Below are positions 24,870 through 39,500 of a stretch of DNA of 64,000 bases, piece after piece. The notes under the pieces are model-generated. The model was not told where the DNA came from, did not search any database, and worked only from the letters and a program-made list of their open reading frames with translations. Each line of letters starts with the position of its first letter. Positions within the stretch are counted from its first letter, which is position 1. Source of the DNA: Amoebophrya sp. A120 (lineage: Eukaryota > Protista > Dinoflagellata); the NCBI GenBank assembly GCA_905178155.1, contig CAJINV010000002.1, forward strand, positions 6,490,476 to 6,554,475. The letters run 5' to 3'. A program made the translations under genes and the position numbers.

Positions 24870-27800
24870 ATGCCATCTCTCGCGCCGACCGGCGGCGAGC
24901 AAGCCGCACGGCGGGCAAGTTTGGAGAAGGAAAAAGCGCCCAATCCAGATGAAGCCGGACCAACAGTAGAAGCTGGGGCACCAACACATCCTAAAGAAAC
25001 CGCAGCCAGTTCCTCTACCACCGCCGCTGCCGCGGCCTCGAGCATAATCAAATCTGCCGCTGCGGCGGTACCGGTTGACCCAATAGCTGCGGAGAAGAAA
25101 AAGCAGACCGCTGCCGCGAAGAAGAAGGCGAAGAAATTGGCGGAAGACCTGAAGGAGGAGAGTGACTGCTTTGACAAGGAGAAACTCGAGAAACACGGCT
25201 GGGAATATTGCAAGAAGGAAGTAGAGGAGGTTGTGTACATCAATAGCAAGTCAAAGGATAAGAAGGAGTACCTGAAAGAAGACCTTCCGCCCAGGATCAA
25301 GAGTTCATTGGAGAAAGGCGAACCGTTGGTGAATTTCACAACGCAGAAGAAAATGGTGGAGAGAGAAGAATGGAAACATAAGGAGTGGACAGGTATGCTA
25401 TGTAGTCGCGTTTCAAATTTTTAGGCGGGTAGCATTGCAAATGCAGCCGTGGCTTGCTGTCATGCGAAGCATAATTCGTACCCCAGCACGTCCTCGAATG
25501 CAATCGCTACTACATTCATGAAATACAGAGGAGACCTTCGGCAAGAAGGAGAAGCTGTTCAAATTTCTGAATGTGTTCCAGCCGGTGAAGGAAAAATCAG
25601 CCAAGCCCCCGGCGGAGAGCAAGGAGGAGGAGAACAACGCCGCCGGCTCCACGCTGCTGTTCAGCAACGCCGGCGGGCAGTTTGCCACCACCACGACAAA
25701 CAACGCCGACGTTGCGCCTCCGAAGAAGCAACCGGAGGACTTTTTCGCCGACTTCGCTACTCTCGGCCAGAACAAAGCGGACGTCGCGAAGGCGGTGAGC
25801 AAGGCCGGGGGGTTCTCCGTGAACCAAAATTTGCAGAAGGATTTGGATGCCGACCTGGGCGGGAAGGACGGGCAGGTGATTGACTACGAGAAGGAGATCA
25901 TCTTCGACGAGGACCTGAAAAAGGAAGAAATCATAAAGCCGTGGTCAGATGTTGAAGAGTCGAAGAAAGGCGCGGAGAAAAAGTCCTCCAAATCCTCAAG
26001 CTCGTCCTCATCGAAGAAAAAAGCAGAAAAGAGTGGCGAAAAGCAGGATAAAGAGGAGCCGGCAACGACCGGAGCTACCGCCGGAGGGGGCGCGGCAAGT
26101 TCATCGTCAAGTTCTTCAGCGGCCGCTGCTGTTGACAAAACAGCGACAGCTGTAGTCGAGGAGAAGAAGGGAGAGGAACCACCAGCAGGCGAGGTCGCAG
26201 GAGAGCAGGCGAAGAGCAAGCGGGGTAGGAAGAAGGGCACAAGCAGCAAAGCGAAAACGTCAAAAGAAACTAGTACAAAAGCTGGTGGTGGCGCAGCTGC
26301 AGTAGTAGAGACGGGCGAAGAGGAAAACAAAGGCGACGAAGAAAAGCCGGACGAGAGGGAAAAGACGCCCGGGGCGGGTGCGAAAGCCGCTGCCGCCCCA
26401 GTGGAGACACTGCCCGGGATGCCAAGTATGTTTGGCAGCATGGCAGCTGGATCGGTGCACAAGGTCAAGGGGAAGGGAGCGGCTGGTATTGTGGATAGAT
26501 TTGCTTGCAGGGCCAGGGCCGTTGCGCTTGTGCTACTTTTTCGGTTGACTCTGTCCGATGCGTGGATTGCATGCAAGGCTCTGCAAGATCATGATCTATT
26601 TCCTGTCGACACTCAAATTCATTGCGCATGACAACTCAATTCTCAGGTCTCAACAAGAAGAAGCAGTTGAAGAAGCAAGTCACGATCGCCGACCCGCCGG
26701 AGGAAAAAACCCCTGCGGACAAGGAGGCAGAAATAAACAAAGAGAAGCCAGAAGAGGAAATATTTGTAGGGCCTAGCCCGGTGCCAGAGGTACGGGGGGA
26801 GAAGAAGGCTGTAACGTCTACCGGTGCAGCTGCAGCAAGTAGTAGTAGTAGTAACCCAAACCAAGACGTCATAATGAACGACAGTAGCAACTTTTTGAAA
26901 TCCAACAACATCGCTCTAATGGAAGACAGCGAGGAGAAGAGAAAAGCGACGAATAAGCGAAACCGTTCCGACGAGGAGGACGAGGGTGAAGATGCGGGCG
27001 ATGATAAGGCACAAATTTACTTTTGTCATGCATGAAGGCAGCGCGTGGGCTTATTTGGCTATGCATGACGTGCACGCGGCAAGGTGCTTCAAATATTCGT
27101 TTGTGCGTCGAGCATGAGCACGTAGGTGATTTCCACTAGCAAAAAAAACGCAGGGCGACACGGCCACCCGCCAGAGTCTTCCCAAGCTCCAGTCCACGCA
27201 GCAGGAGCCGGTGGCGCACGTCGCCAAGCGCAAGAGAAGAATTGCGGCCGGGTCGAAGCGGGAACTTTCAAAAGAATACGATGCGGACGCGCAGCGACAG
27301 TCGGAGCGTATTGATGCATAAGTTTTGCTTACAACAGTTTGAGTTTTGCTTGTATTCCATCTACATCATGCACCTGTTGACAATACCAGAAACGGCTTGC
27401 CATCGAGGTCGGCGTTTTTGAATCAGCATATGTTCGATCTCGCCATGCATGCATTACCTCCCAGGTGTCCCCCCTTCCGCCGAGGACGACTGCATCTGCG
27501 ATGCAATTATACCGCAATGGGCCCTTCCCAGTCCCTCCGGCAAGGATTCCGTGCAGTGCGACGTCGCGTTGTTTCGCCCGTTTAGCGACACGATGAGCCA
27601 GACGCCAATACTGTTTTCCTCCGTGCACCAGAAAAACTTTATCGTGCACGCGGATGTGCTGACAAGATTCGCTTTGCCCATTGTGGACCCGCAGTCTCAC
27701 TGCCAGTTTTTCTACGATGCGGCCAAGAAAGAGCTCAGAATTTTTACGCAGGACGACAGGTAGTAGAGGACTAGACTCGGCTTTGCTAGGTCAAATAGAA

Positions 27801-28329
27801 CAATGAATAGCGAAATTATCCCTATTCTGCAACAAGAAATAAGGCACGCAATCCCAATCGGAAAATGCAATCATTTTCGTCGTTCCTTCTGATTAAGCAC
27901 CCTCTTCACAACTACAGTGACTACAAGACCTTCGTCAACGGAGAATTGCTCGAGAGATTCCAGACGAAGCAGCTCCAAAACGAGGACGAAATTTCCATCC
28001 ACGACCGCGATACGGTGGTTTTTGTCGTTTGCTTCGATCCAGAAGTTCACTCAGTCACCGATAAGCGCCGGAAGGAGTTCAAACAGCTGCTCCTATCTGT
28101 CATGACGGAGATCCAGCGCGCGTCGTTAGTGGAGGTGGCGACGATTTTGCGCAAGAAAAGTCCGAAGTTGTGCGACGAGATGGGGTTGAAGACGACGAAG
28201 CGCGGACACTACTCCATTTTCGTCGAGGAGACCTTGAAGAAAGTTTTTATCCCCGTGCTGGAGAAGTTGGGGAGGAATGACACGCAGGTAGTGCTGGAGG
28301 TGGGGATGTGTTTGGCACTGAAACCCTGA
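24870..28329 (+). CDS. FHA-domain protein with long Lys/Glu/Ala-rich region (~900 aa); canonical introns 25393-25528, 26486-26646, 27009-27153 (GC-AG), 27308-27464, 27760-27917
   Basis: Splicing gives one 2703-nt frame containing ELRIFTQDDS-DYKTFVNGELL...LQNEDEISI, an FHA-like motif. 3' end uncertain. Confidence 0.7.
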
Positions 28330-31245
28330 AGGAGGGGAACGAACAAACCACAAGTGTAGGAAGTCAGTGTGCTGTTGAAACTGAATTCTGAACCAGTAAT
28401 CGAGCTCCGTTAAAGTTGACGTGTACAAGTAGAACAAACGCCAAGAATATTTTCGAAAGTTTTTCAGCTCTGTAGTACTCATCAGAATTAATTTCTGGCA
28501 ATCTGCGGATTTCGTCGAGCAGAGCGGGAACGGTTCTGAACACAACTAAGACCTTCAGCCTTATTGCAATGAGCTACTGTATTAGAAATCAAATCTGTCA
28601 ACGTCTACTTTTATACAAGAAAATAGAACTTTCACGTTGATGCGGACCATGCCCAAAAGAAAACTAAGAAGTAGGCGACCGCATCCGCGTATCGACCGCT
28701 GAAATGATTTTTTGAAATAGTAATCGAGACGTTTATATTCAGCAGGGAACCACTGCATGGCAGCAACACAAGAGAGCCAACCGATGTGAATCGGAAAAAT
28801 ACTTCGCTAAAAACAGCGTTAACGACCAGCATGGAAGCGAGGCAGAAAAATGCTACGACTTGTTTGAAGCTGTTGTTCCTTATTGCCCCCGCCAGTTTGC
28901 GCGTTTTTTTTTGTCAAGGAGCGACGGTCTGTCTTTCAACTTCAACAAGGGCAACGCCAGGACCGCGCTCGCCCAGGATCGGCGACCGAGCGGGGTGCGC
29001 AGGTGAAGCACGGGGCGCGGCGAGATTTGTCACGCCGGCGGGGTTTTGAAGAGGGGAGCAGCGTCGAAGGTCCCGCGGCCGGCGCGCGTGCCGGAGCCGC
29101 CCAACAGCAAGCCGGGCGGGTTGGTGTTTTTCGTGCGCAGGCGGGCCGCCGGGGCTTGCCAATTGATTAAGTAATACGCAGACCGGGGCGCGGGAGCTAG
29201 GGCCGAAGCCAGGCGCCGGAACCTGTGCTAGCGTATTCGCCTGGCTTTTAAGCCATCGCAAAAAGGGTCCGTGGCGAACAGGCGCGGCGTTCGCCCCTGC
29301 TGGGCGCCGGTAAGTTCGGTTTTCATTCTGGTCTAACCCGAACACGCGGGCGCTGGCTTCGCAGCTTGCGGCAAGTGCGGACGAGTTGGAGCATGGACAG
29401 AGCCAAGGGGGGAAAGGCAGCTCCTCCAGAGGAAAAGGCAGCGGCTTCCAAAGCGATTCGTGGCGGAGCTCCCCGTTGCGCCGGGTGAATCGGATGCAAG
29501 CAGGGTCGGCGCCGCACTATTCTGCCGGAATTCGCGAAGGGGCGCAACATCGCGTCCGGCATATCTTTCGGCGCAGGCAGCGGGGGCGTCTAGGAGCGGG
29601 GGCCCGGATTGGCCAGGCCCGCGCCCCTGGCCCGCCCCGCGATGGGCGCCGCGCGAATATTGCGCGCCGCGCAGCCGCCCAGGCTTCCGCTTGCCCCTAG
29701 CAGCTGCAAAAATAAACGGCGCGGGGGCGGGGGCGGGAGTGTTTTCAGGCTTCATACGGCTCGCCGGGCGGACGCTTGTTGGGCAGCCCGCCGGGCTAGC
29801 ATGTCCCGACTGCGCCGCTGCTTGTGTGCGTGTTCGCCCCCCAGGCAGCGGGCAACGTGTTGCAGACGCTCGGGAGGTGGCGGATTGTGGTGCCGGTCTT
29901 AAAAGGATGCAGCAGAAGTGCGCCCCCCGGGCGGGGAATGGGGTTGGTCAGCTTGATGGCAGAACGCCCCAAACCCGTGGCGCCCGGGCTGCTGCGCAGC
30001 TTGCGCCGCAGGAGATAACGGCCGCAGCGGTCGATCCAAGTTTTCGACTTTCCGTGAATGTCCCGCACAGCAGGACGCGAGGACTTTTTTTCGCAAGAAG
30101 AGCAAACTCGTTTATCTCGAGAGCTTCCCACGCGAGACCCCAAATAACCAATACAGTGCGCCGTCCGGCTTGCTGCCATGCGGAAGGAGCTTGCTGCCAT
30201 GCGGAGGGAGCTGGGCCATTTGAAAAAGAACGTGGGGGAGTAAAAGGAGGCGGCGTCCGGGCAGTCTCTCAGGAAGGAAAGCGCTTTCTGTTTAGGTTCA
30301 GTGAGTTCCTCCCTGCCCTCCACAAGATGCGCGCGCGTGCGCATGGTTAGCATCGAGCGGCACCAGCAGGGTTGCAGCCCTACCCATTGCAGCCGCCCGA
30401 CGGGATCCCAGCTTGTTTGCTCCGCAGAGCCGAGGCTCTTCGCGTCGTAGCGCCGCAGGGGCAACGCCGTGCGTCGAGACGGGCCCGAAGACAAACCGAC
30501 AGCGAATGCGCCGGGCCAACGCGGTCGCGTGCCTGCGAGACAGGGCAGCCAGCCCACCCGCACAAGGGGCGGGGGGGGGCCCGCTGGCAAGCAGGGGCGG
30601 GGGCCGGTCCCCCGCTGCTGGTGTTTGTTGCCCCGCTGCGCCGCGCCCGCCCGTGTTTCCTGGGGCTTAGGCGCTGCCCGCCCCCTGTGTCGCGTGTGGG
30701 GGAGCGGAGGGTGGCCGCGGCTGCGTGCCGCGCGCCAGCCGCAGTTGAGTTCCGATGGATCGCCGGCCGCGGGGCCGCTTGGGTCGGTGCCAGCCCTGGC
30801 GCGCGGCTGCGCGGCCTTGTTTTGGTTTGCGAGCGAGGAGGCCGGCTCTGTCCGCCTGAGTTTATTTCTCGTGGATCAATTACAATCATTCGCGGCCCGC
30901 CGGACGTGTTTTTCTATTGCGCGGCCCCCCTGCCTGCTGCCTATTTTTCTTTGATTTTTGCACGGGGATCCAGGCTATTTCTGTTCCTTGTTCTTTGCGA
31001 TGTTCATTAGCGTGGCGGTGCCGCGTCCTCTACGTGCTTCTGTTGTGCTGTAACTGACTGAATTGAAGACAACGACAAAAGTGGACCGCTGCCAACGAAC
31101 TCAATGAAGTATCGAATAGAGTCGCGCAGCTGAGGCTGCGTGACGTAAATGTAATCTTTTGCGATGCATGTGCAGGTCTGCATAGTCGCTTTCGCTGATT
31201 TGTATTTGGATTTATGCGTAGCATAGTCGTTGTCGTACTAGGAAA

Positions 31246-34200
31246 ATGTCTTCCCATCGGGCCTCTCCAGAAAAGGCAGCCTCGCCCGGTCCGCAAAGTC
31301 CGCCCCTCTTCGCCCCGGGGTCAACGGCAACCGGTCATGATCTACATCTTAACAGTTCGGACAACAGTCCGTGGGCCGAGACCAACGAGGCGGTGCGCGA
31401 CCTGCATCGCAAGGCCCTCCGCCAAGCGGTGCTCACCCACCAGCCCGGCGTCTCCGTGCCGCTTGCGAACCGACGCGCGGTAGATGACATCGATGTGCGG
31501 GATGGCGGGCCGCCCGAGCTCCTCGGCGACTTCTCGTTTGCCATGCTCGCGCTCCCCGGCGGCTTCCGGCGGGGTCACCTCGCGGAAACGGCCGACGCAG
31601 CGAGTAGTGCGTCGTCCGCGTCTTTGGGTGATTTGGAGAGGACGAGTCACGGTGTTTCTTCCCGACTACCTCCTCCATCGTCCACCTCTGCGGGGAGAAA
31701 CAGGAAGAACCTCAAGCCTACTGCCGCGTCCACTTCGTCCGCATCCGCCTCCCGCACCAGGAAGCAGCCCGAGGGAGAGCAGCAGCAGCACCAAGCTCCG
31801 TCACCAACCTCCACGAAGGTGCGCGCTCGCGGCGGCTCGGTTCCGACCCTCCCGGATCGGTTGGCGCTACTGCATCGGTCGTCTTCGTCCAACAGCGTCG
31901 TTTTGCCGATGGAGCTGCCCGGTCGCGACTCGCAAATGAATCGAACAAGCGCCGGGCCGATCAGCAATGCGTTGATGGAGCGCGTTGTGGTGATTGATGT
32001 GAATAGTGCTGGTGTGGCACTGACGCAGCAGCAGCAACCCGGAGCGGCCGGAAGCATCTCCGCAGGACAGCAATTCCTTTTGCCCAGGAGCGCAAGTCCC
32101 GTAGAGCCGTCTCCGCTCGACAGCTACGACAATCAATTGCAATTTCCGCCCAAGCCCAGCTTCGGGCTAGATTTTGGCAGCTTCGTGTCCGACCTCCGTT
32201 CCTTCTGGGAGGCGCGGCAGCGAATTGCGTACGGTAATTCTGCGCTCTTGCAGGCGGTTGAGGAGGGACAAGAGGACAGTATCGAGGAGGATGCAGCTTA
32301 TCTGGTTTCATCTAGCAGGAGTGGCAGTGCAGCAGAGGACGCTGCTCCAGCAGACCGATTACCGTCGCACGACTCCTTGAGTATCCCCATGCCCCCTCGG
32401 GAACTGACCGCGTCGTCGTCCGAGGCTGTGAGTAGTGCTAGTCGGACACAACTGACGAGCAGCAGCAAGAGGAACATTTTGTTCCCTGCGAACAACAAGA
32501 GAATCTTTCCCGCTGAGGGTGAAGCTCTGCCAGAAGGCGAAGTGCAGTCCCCCGTGATCACAAGTCAAATGCACGCGCAACAGCAATTGATATCCGGCAC
32601 ACCGACGGCGAGCAAGGACACCAGCTGGTCTCTCGTGCCAGCTGCCGGCGGCACAACTACAGGAGTAGCGGTTTTGTCGCCGAGCAAAGGTACTAGAACT
32701 TCGCTACTAGCCCCACCTATGGTCCCTATTCCGCAAGTGCCACCGCAACATGACCTTAAAGCCCCTCCAGCGGGAACACCAGAAGAGCATTCCCAGCACC
32801 TCATGTCGGTTCGCGCCACGATTGTGTGTCTGTTCAAGATGTACTTCTGTTCCGGCGTTCTGTACATCCCCAAGGCCTTCCAGAACGGGGGGATCCTTTT
32901 CGGCTGGCTCTGCTTCGGCGTCTTCGTTCTCACCACGACTCTCTGCGTTTTCCAATTGATCAAGCTCCGGATTTACTTCGACAAGGAGCTGAAAAAGCGG
33001 AATTTGCACAAGGAGTGCTCGTTCGGCGATTTGGCTCTGCTGACGATCGGGAAAGTGGGAAAGGTGTTGGTTGACATTTCCGTTTTCCTATCGCAGTGTT
33101 CCTTCGCCATGTCGGGACACGTGGTGATCGCGCAGTGCATCGCGACGGCTTTTTCCCCGATGGCGAACGTGCCCGCGCCGAACAGCGTGACGCCGTACGT
33201 GGAGAAGGGGGTTGTGAATGTCACAAGGAACGGAACCTTAGTGACCAACCCGCATCACGTTCTTGTCGCACCTTTGAACAAAACGAACAGCACTGTTCAT
33301 CGGCTTGATCATGTACTTGGCCCTACAACAATTTCTGCGAAAACGGCAACGAACACTACTTCCGTTGCCACAACCCTCTCATCTATTGTGACAAACAGCA
33401 CAAAAGAACAAATACTAGAAGCAGCGCGGCGCGTTGATAATGATGATGAGTCCGCGTGGTCCACCGCTTTTCCCTGGCTCGACTACTTTGCGGAGCTGTT
33501 TGTGGTTCCGGCGGGGACTCCTGGAGAAGGGACGGCCGAAACGAGTTTTGTCACCAGAGCTCCAGCCGCGACCAAGAAGTTCGTGAAGAAGGAACTGAAA
33601 TCCGAGGACGAAACCAGAGAGCAATTCCAAGACCAGGTCGGCTCCTACATTCTGCTCGAGCCGTTTTTGTTGATCCCCTTAGTTTGGATCCGCCGCTTGG
33701 CGAAGTTGGACCTCTGTGCGATTTTCGGCGACGTGGCGATTTTCGGAATTCTGTTCTACGTCTTCTTCTTCTCCATGAGCGATTTGTTTGCGAAAATCGT
33801 GGCTGCGATGGCACTTGGACGAGGAGAGGGAGTAGAGGACGAAGCTGCACGACGCGCCGCAGCTGGAACATCGAGTCCCATAATTTCGGCTAGCAACGGT
33901 GCGGACGGTAGTTCCGCAGCCACTGCAGCCAGCACTGCTTTCCTCGGCGTTGAGTTCTTCTTCGGCTCTTCCAACACGATCGGCCTCACCGTCGGCACGT
34001 CCATTTTCGCTTTCGAAGGGATCGGCGGTCTGCTCCCCGTATACGCGTCGATGCAGGAGCCGGAAAAGTTTCTCGACATCTACCTTTACTGCATCATTGC
34101 CATTGGGTTTCTCTTCTGCAGCTTCGGCACCATCATTTACCTCGCTTTCGGGGCCGCGGTGCCGACAAACGCGATGCTGACCTTGCCGCTTGACTCCCTC

Positions 34201-35663
34201 GGCCGGGTGATCTACTTCGTGTACGCTTTAGGGGTGTGCGCGACTTACCCGCTGTTATTATTCCCAGCTGTCAGGGTGGCGGAGACCTACATGTTTCCCA
34301 ACGAGTACGAGGAGCGGAAGACGATGCGGGGAGGGTTTGGTGGCGCAGGAGTTCTTTCAGAGCGGAAACACAGGACAACCATCTACGACGTCGTCGACCG
34401 GAATAGTACGATGAGTACTTCTAACCTGCAACAGCCGCTCCTGCAGTTTGGTACGTCTACCGCACCAATCCACTCGAGAAGCTCGAGCAGACAAAAGTCG
34501 GAGCAGAGCAGCCCGTTTCACAGCAAATCCAACTCCCCCGCGCGAACGCCCCGGGAACTGATTCTGATAAACAAGGGAAAGTTTAAGTGGTGGAAGAACT
34601 GCTTTTATCGTAAGGAAAAATCCCCCCTCCCCATATCGAAAACGTATCCGTCTGAAAATTTGTGATGCGCATTTGTGACCTCAAATCCTGTCTGTCTTGC
34701 AAGAAGGCAAGTCCAGAAAGCGTTCCGCATTTATTTGCAGGCGGTTTGTGATGCTGTTGGGCTAAGAGCATACGCGTTTGTCATGCTAGGCGCCTACGTC
34801 AAAACCTCTCGACTGAGGCTTGGCATATGCCTGCAGTCCTCTACTGCAAGACAAATCTGAAGACTTGTGTATGGAGATCCAGTATCAGAAACTTCGTTTC
34901 GATATGGGGAGGGGGGATTTTTCCTTTTGATAGCTTTCGGGGGGTAGTTGTCTTCATCCTCAGTTTCGTCTCCTACTACGGGGCAGAGGCATTGGATGTC
35001 TTCGTCGCGGTGCTCGGCGCGCTCTTCTGCACACCGATGGGCCTGGTGTTTCCACCCTTGATGCTCCTGTGGATGAATTTTTCAAAAAAGAATGCACAAG
35101 GAAACACGAAATCAACATCACTATCATTGAAAATAAATGGCGGTGCAAATAACAAAATGAACGATCTCTCCTACGCGAAAACTTTCGGCCGCTTCTTGGG
35201 TCGCACGGAGTTTTTGGTAGCCCAACTAGTGTTTGGGTTTGTGTGTATGGTGTACACGTGCTACAGTTCTTTTTCGAAGGTCTATGACCTGCTGAACAAA
35301 TCAAAATGTGAAGCCGGCGGAGCCCTTACTCTCTGGTCCTGGCGCAGGAGTTGCGAGATTGATGAAAATCTGGGTATTGTAGCTGAACGCCGCTGTTCTA
35401 CGAAATTTTTGAAATTTTGTTGGGGAGAGAACGAGTTTTCGACAGATCATCAGGTCGTGGTGATCCATATACTGAATCAAAATGTAAAATGCCATGAGCT
35501 GAGTCACGTTCGTTGTTGTCTTCAGAGAAGCTGCAGATCTAAATGTTCTTTTGATCCGTATAATTTCGGGAAAGTTGATCTCCTTTTTGTGTTGTGCTTC
35601 TGGAATTTTTGGTCGTGTTTCCTGAAAGCATTACATGTTGACAAGGATGTAAACTTTTTCTGA
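31246..35663 (+). CDS. Amino-acid/auxin permease (Aa_trans) family transporter, Avt3/Avt4-like, long disordered N-terminus; exons 31246-34605 and 34938-35663
   Basis: LFKMYFCSGVLYIPKAFQNGG, SFGDLA, GTSIFAFEGIG, YPLLLFPA; removing the element gives KWWKNCF|RGVVV...DVFVAVLGALFCTPMGLVFPP. C-terminal end uncertain. Confidence 0.9.
34606..34932. mobile_element. Introner-like element, family D (327 bp), TSD GCTTT
   Basis: TATCGTAAGGAAAAATCCCCCCTCCCCATATCGAAA / TTTCGATATGGGGAGGGGGGATTTTTCCTTTTGATA; GCTTT at 34601-34605 and 34933-34937. Confidence 0.93.
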
Positions 35664-36575
35664 CCGAATGCGATGCTGCTGTCTTTTGCAGAATCTGAGG
35701 CATTCTTTGAAGATTAAACTATCTAGTTTTCAATCGTCCCACCTGAAGACTCCCTTGCTCAAAATAAAAGTCAAAAAGGATAGAATGTCCCTGCTCCCCG
35801 AGTCCGTATCTTGGTAAAAGTGTGTCTGGTGTGATGCCTCATTGCCCCGCAGCGAGCCATGACGTATCACTGGTCACCTATCTATGGCTATGATGACGAA
35901 TCTACATGATTTTGATTCTCTCTTGATTCGCAATGGTCTTCACGTTGTATGAAACGCCTCCTGTTTGAACCTTCATTCCGCAGTGTCACAGAGAATACAG
36001 AAAACCAAAAGTCGGCCGCTACTTCATGAACCATATTTCCCTCGGAAACAAAGTCAACGTGTACTAGCGCAACATCAAGATTCTTTGTCAATCGGATGTC
36101 CGTCTAAGTCTGTTTGTCCAATGAAGCAGATGAATACCCACCCATCCCTATTCCGGTTTTAGCTAGTTATTGAACCCCGAAGAAGTAAACTCAGAAATTT
36201 CGCACGACATCACACGACATAAGTTCCTGTAAGAAAACGACCTATCTATCATCCCCACTAAGCCAACGTTTTTCTCAAGAATGTTCGCTTATATGGTGCG
36301 TCAACATTTCGTCTTCCTGAAACAGCACAACAAGATGGTGTCCGTCTTTGGACAGCTTCACCACTACTCTTGTGTGCTGTAGTGAAACTGGATGATGATG
36401 ATCGCACTACTTTAAGGGCGACAGTCTTATCGCTTCTTTAAAGTCGACGTAAAAGGGTTTAGAAAAGTTTAGGGTTTAGAGCAAAAGAACTCAACTACAG
36501 CCTTCTTCTTCTTTCCTTTGAAACAGACTGTAAAAGCCGCTCTTTACAGCGTCTTCCCCCGCAAGAACCAACGCA

Positions 36576-39500
36576 ATGTCGGGCGATCACAACCGGACTT
36601 GGGATGACGATTCCTTCTGGGACGGCGGTGTTGGCCCGGACGGCGCTTTCGGAGCACCCGCGAACGTCCCGACCTACTGTGCGGACGGGGTGACTCCAAG
36701 GTATGGTCACCAATCCAGCGCTGAGGGCAATGGCCAGCAGAACCAGCGTGGGTCGTATATTGGGAATGGCACTTCTGCGACTAGAGGCAATTACTACACG
36801 CAGGATCATCTGGAGCAGCACCAACAGGTGCAGCCGGGGAACAATTATCCCAATTACAACTACGATCCGCAGCAGCGTGGTTGGGACAGCAGCCACCAGA
36901 ACCATGCCAACTATGGAAATAACAATGCGAACAATTACAACACGGCTTCTCAGGCCGCCGGCTGGAACCAAAACCAGTACAACCAAAACCAGTACATCAA
37001 CCAGAGCGACAACCATGCGGGAGTATACAACCCGAACCACCAGGCAGCGCTCCAGCACCGGCACGATGCCCGGTCGGAGGCGACCAGCGAATCAGACCCG
37101 GACACAAAGCGGCTGAAGCAGCAGGTCATCGAAAGCTCCTCCGATGAGGAGCACGAGCGCGCGTTGCAGACGCGGACGCCGACAGGTGCAGCCAACAAGC
37201 ATCACCACTATCAGCAACATTCGAACCAGATGACCGCAGACGAAGCGTGGAAGCAGCAGGAACTGCTGTTGCAAGCAGGTCGTGGCGGGCGACAACTTCA
37301 GAGCGGTGGTCAGCAGCAAGAACAACAGCAGCATGTGTACAATCCGAACAGGATTCTCCCACTGGGGAATCAAAATCAGAATCAGCAGCAACAGAACTAC
37401 GGGCAGAATAATGCGGCCCCTTATGATCAAGATGCTTACGACTACAACCAACAGCAGCTGCAGAACATGCAATACAATCAGCAGCAACAGCAGCAAAGCC
37501 AATACCAAAACTACCAGCAAAATGTTGATCACCAGCATCAAAATAACCAAAATCTGAACCAGAGTTTCTATCAAGAACGCACTCTCCCTGCTATGTACGA
37601 TGCCACGCAACTGCCCGGCTACGAGCAGCATCAGCGGGATGTTCAAGAAACGAAGCGTTCTCGGGAGCAATGGATGGCGCAGAATTTTGGCATGCAAACG
37701 CCGCGATTGGATCAGAACGACACTGCTACACCCACTGGCGCAGCAAACCAACATGATCCAAACGCTGACCGACAGCCTACCTACGATCAAGGTCGGCAGA
37801 ATTTCCAGAACGCTTTCCGAGCCAACAAGGGAAAGGGGAAACAAAGCCGATTTAACGGGCGGAATGACTTCCGGGCCCTGGATTTGCAAAACGCAATCGT
37901 CGGTCTGTCCATCGCCAGTGCGATGGAGCAGGGGGATCAAGCGGACATTCTACCCGAAATCTATCAAAAGCAAAAATCCCCCCTCCCCATATCGAAAAGG
38001 TATGTTTCCGAAAATTTGTGTTGCTGATTTGAGGTCGCAAATCACATTTGTATTGCAAGAAGACAAGGGCAGAAGCTTCCGCCCCACTATGGAAGCGATT
38101 TGTCATGCTGTTGGGCCTAAAAGAGAGCCGCTTGCCATGCTGAACAACTACACGCGTGCGCCCCTTCTACCTAGACTGGGGATCTGACTGCAGTGCTTTC
38201 CTGCAATACAGACCTGATTTGTGTACTCAAATCCAGCATCAGAAATTTCGTTTTGATGTGGGGAGGGGGGATTTTTCCTTTTGATAAAATCCCCCCTACG
38301 TTTTCAAAAGACACTTACACCAAATCCTTCGCGCCCTACCTTCTCCAGGAAGTTCGGGCGCACGTGGCGCACGGCACCAGCAGTCTTCCCTTCTCCGAGA
38401 TGCTTAAGGGCGAAATTCGGTTCACGGGCAAGGGAAAAAAGTTGCACAATTGCCTGTCCCTGGAGTGCGACTTTCTCGGCGAGGCGAAGACCATGATGGA
38501 CGGGACTCTCAAAGGGCGGGATTTCGGAGAAGAAGACGGGATCGATATCGGGCAGGAAACGGCGACGGGCCTGTCGAACGAGGAGATTGAAGAGAGGAAG
38601 AATGAGAAAGAGAAATTGAAAAACATGACGGAGGCGGAAAAGTACATCCGGGCGACACAGTCGGTGCAGTTTGGTTCCAAAGAGTTCGAGAAATTGTTTT
38701 GTTTGAATGATGTCTGCGTCTTGATTCCGAAGAAGCGGTATTCCAAGTTTATCGAGCAATGCAAGCAGCAGGCGCAGTACTCCAACACCTTTGCGCAGGG
38801 GTATTTCGACAAGAAGTTGAGGGAGGCGACCGAAGCGGGAGACGAGAAAATCTACGAGTCGGCGTTGCGAGACCTGCTATCCGCGCAGTTCTATGCATTG
38901 CAAATATGTCTGGGTCTGGAAGAGTGCAAGTTTGTCATGCATGCTTGTCTGGCTCTGGCATGACTCCAGAATCTGTGTTGCATAGGCACGAAAAGGCCCT
39001 CGCACCTGTCATGCAAAAACGCAGTTTGCCATGCGGAATACGTAAGACATGGGAGCCAAAAAATTTGTCATGCTCAGCTGCGCATTGCAGTGCGTCTAAC
39101 ATTCACTTTTGGCATTACAAGTTTCCAGACGAGACCCAGACATATTTGCAATCCATAAGTTTCGGAATTTCAAGGACTTCTTACTGACCATCGACGAGTT
39201 CTCGATATTGGCCATGACGGTCCCCTATCAAATGCAAATATGTCTGGGTCTGGAAGATTCCGAGACTTGTCATGCAGTTTTTCCAAGCTCCGCCAAGTCT
39301 GTAATGCAGGGCATGGCGTCACAGGTTCTGCAGCCCCTTGGTGATGCCTATCGTGCATGAGAAGTGCCCTCTCAGCATGGCCAGAAATGGACAGCTTTTG
39401 CAAGTCATGCAACACAGATTTTTGCATGATTCGCAACATACATCACAAGTTCGCATCCTTCCAGGCCCAGACATTTTTGCATTTGATATCCCCTGCCGCG

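Noticed and set aside
29460-31010. Long ORFs on both strands in the GC-rich block
   Set aside because: Compositional artefacts with no recognisable domain.
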